The notes under the pieces were generated by a model. The model was given only the letters and a program-made list of their open reading frames with translations, searched no databases and was not told where the DNA came from. Below are positions 26,879 to 33,879 of a stretch of 46,844 bases of DNA, in pieces. A program made the position numbers and the translations under genes. Location: positions 1-46,844 of the forward strand of contig JAHDHJ010000003.1 of assembly GCA_020631375.1 (NCBI GenBank), in the 5' to 3' direction. How positions within the stretch are numbered: the first letter of the stretch is position 1; each line of letters starts with the position of its first letter. The DNA comes from Saprospiraceae bacterium (GTDB lineage: Bacteria > Bacteroidota > Bacteroidia > Chitinophagales > Saprospiraceae).

Positions 26879-27461
26879 GTCAGGTTTGGTTTTTTTAAGA
26901 AAGGTTGTATAACATATTATTCAAAAGCAATATACAATTTTTATTTTCAATATTTTTGCACTTTTTTAATGAAAGACAGCAAAATAATCTAGGACGTTTC
27001 TGTCACAATTTTCCATATTTACACTTCCACTACAATACGCAAATAATTAATAGAATCCATAATTCTATCCTCTATTTATTTATCACTTTTTATTTTATTT
27101 TAATATGTGAATATTTAAAATAAAATTAATATATTGATGTAATTTATTGATTATTAGTATTTTGTTTAGTGATATTAATTATTTATATTATTTAATTTTT
27201 TTATATTAGAAGTCGGTTTAATATAGGGGAATAGTGTGTCACTCTAATTTAGGTCTTAAACTTTATTCAATCACAAAAACTTGGCTAATTAGGATTAAAT
27301 GATTTACATTTGAATTGTAAGTCACAAACAGTTTGAAAAACCAAAGTGTTTAGAATAGCAAAATGACTTATTACCCTCCACCCGAAATTTAGAGAAACTA
27401 ATACATTTTTTAGAACATACTATTACACTAGTTTTTTTACAAAGTACCACAGCGATCTGAC

Positions 27462-28496
27462 ATGAATCCTGAACCATTATATTCCGAAAAGTCGGAATAT
27501 AAACGGTTATCAGTACCGCTTGGTAGCAAATTTTATGAAGTTTATAAAATACTAGCTGCTATGAGAAATTTAATTACAATACTATTTACACTATCAACAT
27601 TACTTGTGATTGCCGCACCTAATACGGATGCACCTTCTTTCTTTGAGCGTTTTGCTCCATTGGCACAAATAGAAATGAAGCAAAATGGCATTCCTGCTAG
27701 TATTAAGTTGGGACAGGCTGCTTTGGAATCCGCTTTCGGAAAATCCCAATTAGCCGTTAATGCCAATAATTATTTCGGCATTAAGTGTAGAAATGCAGGA
27801 GATTGCACTTCCAAGGTATATAAGTATAAGGATGATGATAAGAATGCAGCGGGAGAATTAATTGAATCTACATTCATGGCATTCAATACTCCTAGTGAAT
27901 CTTTCCTAATGCATTCACAATTCATCAAAGGGAACATGAACCGTTATGGTAAATTGTTTGATTTAGATAAGAATGACTACAAAGCATGGGCAAAGGGTCT
28001 TCAGGAGTGTGGTTATGCCACGGACCCTTTGTATGCGGAAAAATTAATCGCCACTATTGAGAAGTACAACTTGCAAAAGTACGATGAATTGGTATTGAAC
28101 GAATCAAGGGTATTGGCAAAGAAGAAAAGTGCTTTGGATATGTTAGATGCTGCGGCATTGGCTCCACAAAGAATTCCGGAAAGAACAATTGCGAGTACAC
28201 AAAGAGACACTAATCCTACTTATGCAACGGCTGCTCCACAAAAGAAGAGTTCCAGTGTACCGGTTATGCCTCAGAATGTTAGAATGGAAATGAAGAAGAG
28301 CAATCATTTGCATTCTCCTTCTACTGATAGGATGTCAGAAGTTGCCCTTAAGGCAGAAATGAAGAAGACAAGCAATGTAAAAGAATATGTACCTGAAGAA
28401 TATAAGGAAATATTCGAAACTAGTGATACCAGTGAAAAGGGAACTGCTAAAAGTACGAAAAGAAAAATGATGGGAGGAAATTCCCTTCCAAGATAA
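27462..28496 (+). CDS. Glucosaminidase-domain peptidoglycan hydrolase (mannosyl-glycoprotein endo-beta-N-acetylglucosaminidase family) with Lys/Ser-rich tail
   Basis: GQAALESAFGKSQLAVNANNYFGIKC and GYATDPLYAEKLI are typical of the glucosaminidase domain. A signal peptide starts at the internal Met (MRNLITILFTLSTLLVIAAP, nt 27561), which is probably the true start. Confidence 0.82.
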   Translation: MNPEPLYSEKSEYKRLSVPLGSKFYEVYKILAAMRNLITILFTLSTLLVIAAPNTDAPSFFERFAPLAQIEMKQNGIPASIKLGQAALESAFGKSQLAVNANNYFGIKCRNAGDCTSKVYKYKDDDKNAAGELIESTFMAFNTPSESFLMHSQFIKGNMNRYGKLFDLDKNDYKAWAKGLQECGYATDPLYAEKLIATIEKYNLQKYDELVLNESRVLAKKKSALDMLDAAALAPQRIPERTIASTQRDTNPTYATAAPQKKSSSVPVMPQNVRMEMKKSNHLHSPSTDRMSEVALKAEMKKTSNVKEYVPEEYKEIFETSDTSEKGTAKSTKRKMMGGNSLPR

Positions 28497-28608
28497 ATAA
28501 GAAACTTAAACCAAACTTTTTTAAAATACATGCTGGCGTTTGTATTTTTTAAATCCAAACATTTAAACACAAAACTAAGATTTAGGGATTTAAAGGTTAG
28601 TTATTTAG

Positions 28609-28641
28609 AGGCTGTTCGCATGAGGCGGGCAGCCTTTTTTA
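28609..28641 (+). terminator. Intrinsic terminator of the glucosaminidase gene
   Basis: AGGCTG ... CAGCCT stem (28609-28614 / 28630-28635) followed by TTTTTTATTTT. Confidence 0.6.
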
Positions 28642-28691
28642 TTTTGCAATAATTATTTCACTACTTTTGTATTTGTTTATTAGGCATTATT

Positions 28692-28852
28692 ATGAATTGT
28701 TACTCTACCCGATGGTTTTTAAAATAACTGCCGTTTCAGGTGTTTGTTCATCTGAAACACTCCGTCCGAACAGTATTTCAAGGTGGACAAACACCTTGAA
28801 AGGCGAGTTGGGTTCTTGAATAGAAAAACCATCGGGTAGAGTAATGAATTGT
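28692..28852. mobile_element. MITE-like element: 143 bp, 20-bp perfect TIRs, 9-bp target-site duplication
   Basis: TIRs TACTCTACCCGATGGTTTTT (28701-28720) / AAAAACCATCGGGTAGAGTA (28824-28843). ATGAATTGT abuts both ends exactly (28692-28700 and 28844-28852). Internal hairpins are present and there is no credible ORF. Confidence 0.7.
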
Positions 28853-28869
28853 ATATTATTCAAAATCTC

Positions 28870-28994
28870 TAAGTGCTTCAAGGTATTTAATTGGGTAATT
28901 CCACGAACACGAAACAATTAGAGAAATTCGTGTAAATTAGTGGCGGGAAAACTGCCACGAAATTCATACTTGTTTAAATACCTCACAGCACTTA
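28870..28994. repeat. Imperfect-IR-closed region with two internal hairpins, upstream of the methyltransferase-like gene
   Basis: Outer 21-bp IR with 3 mismatches (28870-28890 / 28974-28994). Inner hairpins ACACGAA/TTCGTGT (28907-28913 / 28927-28933) and GTGGC/GCCAC (within 28940-28958). Confidence 0.35.
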
Positions 28995-29055
28995 ATTGGA
29001 TCTTGCATAAAAAACAATTCGTAATAATGTCTATTCAATAAATGAAAAGGGCGGA

Positions 29056-29817
29056 ATGAAAAAAGAAAAAAAGTTAACTTGGTTTTCCTTGGTGAAATGG
29101 ACCTTTTCGGATAGGAATGATGAGACATATAATTCTGAGGGGAAGAGTCGCTTTTATGATCGGATTGCCAGGGATTTTTTCCATCGTGACCGCTTGGCTC
29201 AATTTATTTCTGATACGATTATTTCATTATTTTCAAAGCAGAATCCTTATATCTGTGAAAGGGCTGCAGGGAGTGGAATCATAACGGAATCCTTGTATGG
29301 TAATGGCTTGGATAATATCCGTTCTTCTGATTTGAGTGAATCGCAACTCCTTGTTCTTCAGGAGAAATTGCCCAAAATAAAAGTTGCAGTTGAAAATTTT
29401 AATGAATTGATGCCTAATGTCGGGGATGATAGTTTTGATGTTATTTTCCAAGTAGGCGCTACTCGGTTTATGACAAAGCAAGGACAAATAAATTATATAG
29501 AAGAAGCTGCCCGTACCTTGAAAAAAAATGCTTATTTATTATGGCCGGTCATGTGGGCGGAAATACCCTTGGCATGGGCTAGGGTAGGGTGGAATTCTCC
29601 TCGGACATTCAGTTTTCGAATTGCCAGATTATTGGAAAAAAATGGATTGGAAATTATTAAGGCTCCCATTTTATTCCACGGAAGAATGTTTTTATTAACG
29701 ACGACGTTTTTAATTATCCAAAATAAAAAGCAGCCAATAAAAAGGAATATATTTTCCTCGCTTTTTCATTTGGTTTCCAAATTGGATTTTAAGTATTTAA
29801 GAGCATTAAAAAAATAA
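29056..29817 (+). CDS. Putative class I SAM-dependent methyltransferase-like protein
   Basis: Motif I-like ICERAAGSGIITESL, acidic DLSESQ and DSFDVIFQVGA. Hydrophobic C-terminal segment FLLTTTFLII. Confidence 0.6.
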   Translation: MKKEKKLTWFSLVKWTFSDRNDETYNSEGKSRFYDRIARDFFHRDRLAQFISDTIISLFSKQNPYICERAAGSGIITESLYGNGLDNIRSSDLSESQLLVLQEKLPKIKVAVENFNELMPNVGDDSFDVIFQVGATRFMTKQGQINYIEEAARTLKKNAYLLWPVMWAEIPLAWARVGWNSPRTFSFRIARLLEKNGLEIIKAPILFHGRMFLLTTTFLIIQNKKQPIKRNIFSSLFHLVSKLDFKYLRALKK

Positions 29818-29836
29818 TAAAATTAAATATTCCGAA

Positions 29837-29880
29837 AATAAAAATGCCTTTTTGAAATCACTCAAAAAGGCATTTTTATT
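29837..29880. terminator. Bidirectional terminator, 19-bp perfect stem
   Basis: AATAAAAATGCCTTTTTGA - AATCAC - TCAAAAAGGCATTTTTATT, between convergent genes. Confidence 0.75.
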
Positions 29881-29894
29881 TTAAAGAGTATGGT

Positions 29895-30656
29895 TTATTT
29901 CAAATCATAAGACTCCAAATCCATTGGCAACGTACCTCCGGTCGCATCACTTTTAATGATTCCGACTCCTTCCGCATAATAAGTATCTGTAGAAGTAATA
30001 CCTCCTATAAAGTTATCGAATTTTTGATTGATATGAATAACGTCGGTAAATGTTTCGCCTCCTACGGTCATACTCAAATCTTTTCCTATAACCTCAAACG
30101 TATATGGAATTGTAATTGCAGGAGGAGTAATGGGTGTCCCTAAAATAGGGTCAAGGTAAGTATATTGGTAGATTAGTTCCCCTGCCCAAGTTTTTCCGAC
30201 AGCATCATTTTTATCCAATACCTTATATTCGATTGGAAGAGCAGTTCCCTGTACACCTAAGATAGGTACAACAGATAATTCCCCTCTAACGGTATAGACT
30301 CCATCATTTTCCTTATAAAGCACTCTATCTAAAGTGAAACTTTCTGCAATGCTCAAAGACAAGCCAGATAAAGGACCGAAACCGGTGGTTTCCCAATAAG
30401 TATCCCCTCCTATCGTCGTGCTTCCCGTCATAGTGGCTACGTCCCCTGTAGAATAATTCCAAGTATTTCCCGTTGCTCTGGGTAAATAATCTGTTTCTTC
30501 TGTCCCTGTCCCTGTCCCTGTTCCTGTTCCTGTTCCTGTCCCTGTTCCTGTCCCGTTTCCTGTATCTGTTGTATCATCATCATCCTTGCATGAGGTAATA
30601 CTAATCATCAAGGCTGATAAAAAGAATAGCAACAATAAATTCAAATTCTTAGTCAT
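29895..30656 (-). CDS. Lipoprotein with acidic post-lipobox signal and a (Gly-Thr)9 linker; function unknown
   Basis: Signal plus lipobox LMISITSC, followed by KDDDDTTD (resembles the Bacteroidota lipoprotein surface-export signal), then GNGTGTGTGTGTGTGTGTGTGT and a ~190-aa beta-rich domain. Confidence 0.7.
   Translation of the reverse strand: MTKNLNLLLLFFLSALMISITSCKDDDDTTDTGNGTGTGTGTGTGTGTGTGTEETDYLPRATGNTWNYSTGDVATMTGSTTIGGDTYWETTGFGPLSGLSLSIAESFTLDRVLYKENDGVYTVRGELSVVPILGVQGTALPIEYKVLDKNDAVGKTWAGELIYQYTYLDPILGTPITPPAITIPYTFEVIGKDLSMTVGGETFTDVIHINQKFDNFIGGITSTDTYYAEGVGIIKSDATGGTLPMDLESYDLK
30501..30563 (-). repeat. Hexanucleotide microsatellite (TGTYCC)n encoding (Gly-Thr)n
   Basis: Nine consecutive TGT-CCC/TGT-TCC units on the plus strand, followed by degenerate units. 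In frame. Confidence 0.85.
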
Positions 30657-30786
30657 GGTTATTTTATTTTATGAAATAAGGCTGCCAAATTACGAATTAA
30701 TTTGGGTCACACCAAGTATAATTTGTATGCTAAGGGGCGTATGGTGGGGAAAGCATTATGTTGGGATAGGTTGCTCTTGAAAATAC

Positions 30787-31200
30787 CTATTCCATTTCCT
30801 TGATTTTTTTATCCAATTTATCATGCCGGAATGCATTCAGAACGGCAACCCATAAAATCAGACAAAACAATATGGGAATGAACATTCCCCAGCTAATATT
30901 CATATCCTGTACATAATAATATACATTGTTCAATGAAACAAGAGTGACCAATATTGCAGCGATAATAGAAATGCTTATAGGGAATTTTTGAAGAAGAAAA
31001 CCACAGACAATATATAGTATTCCGATTCCGATAGATAAGGGATCTCCTGATGTCAGAGTTAGGAAGCCTATAAAGAATAAAATATATTTTGGTATTTTTA
31101 GTCTGCCCATGATTTCTGCCCGTTGGGCTTTAAGGACAAAAAGTTGTTTTCCTTTGTCAATGATTAATTCCTCATCTAAAATATTGTTTTTATCATCCAT
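30787..31200 (-). CDS. Small integral membrane protein, unknown function
   Basis: 137 aa with 4 predicted TM helices. Its start overlaps the upstream stop in ATGGATGA (8-nt overlap), implying translational coupling. Confidence 0.6.
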   Translation of the reverse strand: MDDKNNILDEELIIDKGKQLFVLKAQRAEIMGRLKIPKYILFFIGFLTLTSGDPLSIGIGILYIVCGFLLQKFPISISIIAAILVTLVSLNNVYYYVQDMNISWGMFIPILFCLILWVAVLNAFRHDKLDKKIKEME

Positions 31201-31855
31201 AATTTTGATGTTGGGGGATTCTTTTTTCTTGTTTTTCGGTTTCTAAAAATAGACCATATTTTTCAAAAATGTAGTCGAATAATTTGACCATTCCATAGGC
31301 TACCATAATGCCGACTATAATATCTATGGTATAATGTACCCTTTGCCATGAAAGAGCTATGATTACAAAAATATTGACAAACGCCATGAACCATTTCAAC
31401 CATGTTTTCCTAGCAGTAAGGTATAAAAAAAACATGGAGGCACAATGCCCGGAAAAAAATAAATCCTTAGTGGCGACGAATTGTTCGGGATTGAAGAAAT
31501 TGACTACCGGGTCTATAAGCGGGATTATTCCGATAGGAGGATCCAAGGGAAAGGAAAGCATTGCCAAACTACGCAATACCATAATGGCAGAATAAATAAA
31601 AAAAGCATAAGTCAACCGCCCTATGCTCTCGGATAATGCTACAACGATACACAATAAAAATGAGGTGTATGTAGCAGCAAATATCCAAGGAGAAAAATCC
31701 ACTGGCTCTAATAAGAGATGTACTGGGTCCCATAAAACCATCCCATCTCTCTTTTCTACAAAAATCATGACTTCAAATACTCCATAGAGTACCAGTCTTA
31801 AAACAATAAAACTGATAATGAATAAAATCCATTTTTTTGACTTTTCATTCAGCAT
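31193..31855 (-). CDS. PAP2_C / sphingomyelin-synthase-family membrane phosphotransferase
   Basis: 220 aa, ~6 TM. DLFFSGHCA matches the SMS D3 motif (D-x3-S-G-H). HYTIDIIVGIMVAY matches the D4 motif (H-Y-T-x-D-[VI]). Confidence 0.7.
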   Translation of the reverse strand: MLNEKSKKWILFIISFIVLRLVLYGVFEVMIFVEKRDGMVLWDPVHLLLEPVDFSPWIFAATYTSFLLCIVVALSESIGRLTYAFFIYSAIMVLRSLAMLSFPLDPPIGIIPLIDPVVNFFNPEQFVATKDLFFSGHCASMFFLYLTARKTWLKWFMAFVNIFVIIALSWQRVHYTIDIIVGIMVAYGMVKLFDYIFEKYGLFLETEKQEKRIPQHQNYG

Positions 31856-31957
31856 GGTTATTTTGACATGTTTTTTATGTTCATTCGATTTTTAACTTGA
31901 CGAATTTAATATAAATATAATTCATCATGTCCACTTTTGCATAATTATATTCAGGAT

Positions 31958-31998
31958 AAAAAAATGCCGGATAAATAAGATTTATCCGGCATTTTTTT
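31958..31998 (-). terminator. Intrinsic terminator, 18-bp perfect stem
   Basis: AAAAAAATGCCGGATAAA - TAAGA - TTTATCCGGCATTTTTTT, 21 nt past the stop (32019) of the out-of-frame tail ORF but 194 nt past the annotated stop at 32192. Confidence 0.75.
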
Positions 31999-32018
31999 AT
32001 TTGGGAAAGGATAGGATT

Positions 32019-32195
32019 CTAATCAAAAAACTTATCGAATTTTCCATCGGAATCCGCATCCTGAATATCGATTTCCTTACTTGGAGCATTCAGGTCCAAA
32101 TAAGAATCAGAAGTTCCTTCATTCAATAATTTTGCCTTTTCGTCTCCCAATAAAAAGGAATCACTTTCCTTTTCCCATTTTTCCAACATTTTCAT
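32019..32195 (-). CDS. 58-aa acidic ORF, the displaced C-terminal tail of the PspA-like gene
   Basis: MKMLEKWEKESDSFLLGDEKAKLLNEGTSDSYLDLNAPSKEIDIQDADSDGKFDKFFD. Its ATG overlaps the upstream TGA (ATGA at 32192-32195). It is below the ORF-track length cut-off. Its N-terminus duplicates the EEEGMKML of the upstream ORF. Confidence 0.45.
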   Translation of the reverse strand: MKMLEKWEKESDSFLLGDEKAKLLNEGTSDSYLDLNAPSKEIDIQDADSDGKFDKFFD

Positions 32196-32346
32196 GCCTT
32201 CTTCTTCAAATATTTTGCAAATCTATGGAATCCTGTAGAAGATACGTCCATGAATCTTTCCAACATTTTCATGCCTTCTTCTTCAAATACGCCATTTTGC
32301 AAATCTATGGAATCCATAAATGTAGAAGATACGTCCATGAATCTTT
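32183..32346 (-). repeat. Tandem duplication (77-nt copy plus 87-nt copy) inside the coding sequence
   Basis: Copy A (32183-32259) is identical to copy B (32260-32346) except that it lacks CGCCA and ATAAA. 77 of 77 aligned positions match. Confidence 0.9.
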
Positions 32347-33130
32347 CCATTTCGCCTACTTTATTGGCTACATCATCCGCTATTTCCTCCAATGCCATGT
32401 CGAACATTTCACGCTTGCTTCCGTTCCCTGAAATAATGCTCATGGCAGAACTCATGGCAGAATGCGAAGCCCTGATGGCCTTGCGTTCCTGCTCTTTTAC
32501 AGCAACTTGGTCCTTGGTGTCTTCCAATAGGATTTCAGAATTCTGATACATCTTTTCCAATACCCTGTACATGATTTCCATCTTCTTATGGAGAACATCA
32601 TATTTGGCATTGGTTTCCTTTAAGCGGGAAGCCTTACGGGTACTCAACGTCAACTGTTTGCTGTTTCCAACCTTTTTTGCTTGATGGGCCAATTTGAGGT
32701 TGTTGTTAATATCGGCATTGTTTTTTTCCATGATGGTTTTCATCCTCCTCATCTGTCCCCTAAGGTTTCCGATTTGTTTGCTCATTTTCCTTAGGTTATC
32801 CCTCAAATCCTCCACATAGCTTTTCAATATGCCTATCGGATCTATTTGTACAAACATTCCCGTAATGAAACGCATGATACTTTTATAACCATACCAAACC
32901 AGATTCCTCATTCTTGGATCCAATACCATATATACAATGGCAGCCAATGCCATAAGCATCAGACCGAGATAAAGGGTGTTGGCGGCAAGTGCGACAAGAG
33001 TTGTCATATAGGTCGCCGCAATGAAACCTAACCCTGCCAGTATGGCAATGCCAAAGACCATCCCCGTTTTTCCTTCGGGGCGTTTCCAAAACGATTTGCT
33101 CTTGAATTCGGGTGGATTTATATCAGACAT
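32192..33130 (-). CDS. Membrane-anchored PspA/IM30-like coiled-coil protein, 3' end disrupted by a frameshifting duplication
   Basis: Two N-terminal TM helices, then a helical region IDPIGILKSYVEDLRDNL...SHSAMSSAMSIISG...FDMALEEIADDV resembling the PspA/Vipp1 pattern (DP..ML...I.EM..., ...SSAMSAFERMEEKV). The family assignment is tentative. Confidence 0.6.
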   Translation of the reverse strand: MSDINPPEFKSKSFWKRPEGKTGMVFGIAILAGLGFIAATYMTTLVALAANTLYLGLMLMALAAIVYMVLDPRMRNLVWYGYKSIMRFITGMFVQIDPIGILKSYVEDLRDNLRKMSKQIGNLRGQMRRMKTIMEKNNADINNNLKLAHQAKKVGNSKQLTLSTRKASRLKETNAKYDVLHKKMEIMYRVLEKMYQNSEILLEDTKDQVAVKEQERKAIRASHSAMSSAMSIISGNGSKREMFDMALEEIADDVANKVGEMERFMDVSSTFMDSIDLQNGVFEEEGMKMLERFMDVSSTGFHRFAKYLKKKA

Positions 33131-33208
33131 AATAATATGATTCGTTTATTGAAATAGTTCAAACAGCTTCTAATAGAATAAAATATGACGTTTGTTTTTT
33201 TAGTAACG

Positions 33209-33772
33209 TTACAAGTATTGGTTTATTTTAACAATATCCATATCCATTTCCTCTTTGATTAAGACAAAAGTCTTTTCAAAATTAACCTGTTGGGCAGAAA
33301 GCTTGTTCCCCTCCAAAGATTTGGATTCCTCGTTCTTGGTTATTTTTTCTTTGATTTGCACACTCTCCTCTTGCAATCTTTTGATTTGATCTTCTATCTG
33401 CTTGAGTCTCACTTCGTGGTGTTTGTTTTCTTCAACCTTGGCACCGACCCTTTGTTCGATGCGATTTTTCAAGGCAATATCAAACTGGCCTTTTTCCTTT
33501 AGCAAAACCTCTTTATAATGTGTAATCGATTCCAGAAGATGTTTTTTTGTCAATCCCATTGTAGAGGCAGTAGCAAAAGCGGATTTGAAAGCCGTTCCCA
33601 TTTCCATGTTCATTGCCAATAAGGCACCTAAGGATTGTTTGAATTCTATATAGTCAAAACCCGGTAGGTTATTCGATTCCAAGGCTTTCATAAGGAATTG
33701 GGCACTACGGGTATCCAAGCCCTCTTTGTGGTTGAAAAGTTGCGATAAATTCTTATTCATCAAAAGTGGCAT
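33209..33772 (-). CDS. Hypothetical coiled-coil protein
   Basis: 187 aa with no TM. The C-terminal half has heptad-like charged repeats (RLKQIEDQIKRLQEESVQIKEKITKNEE). Confidence 0.6.
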   Translation of the reverse strand: MPLLMNKNLSQLFNHKEGLDTRSAQFLMKALESNNLPGFDYIEFKQSLGALLAMNMEMGTAFKSAFATASTMGLTKKHLLESITHYKEVLLKEKGQFDIALKNRIEQRVGAKVEENKHHEVRLKQIEDQIKRLQEESVQIKEKITKNEESKSLEGNKLSAQQVNFEKTFVLIKEEMDMDIVKINQYL

Positions 33773-33879
33773 TTATTATTTCCATCAAAAAAAATACAAT
33801 ATACTTGATTTTCATTTAGATAGAAACCATATTGACAAATAGTCGAAATTTTTTCAGATAAACAGGGCTACTTTACCGA

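Noticed and set aside
28705-28917. 70-aa minus-strand ORF
   Set aside because: It spans the MITE-like element and its right TIR/TSD, so it is most likely a chance ORF in repeat DNA.
32081-32431. 116-aa plus-strand ORF with an internal peptide repeat (CRRYVHESF twice)
   Set aside because: It is antisense to the PspA-like gene, and its internal repeat is just the opposite-strand reading of the 77/87-nt tandem duplication.
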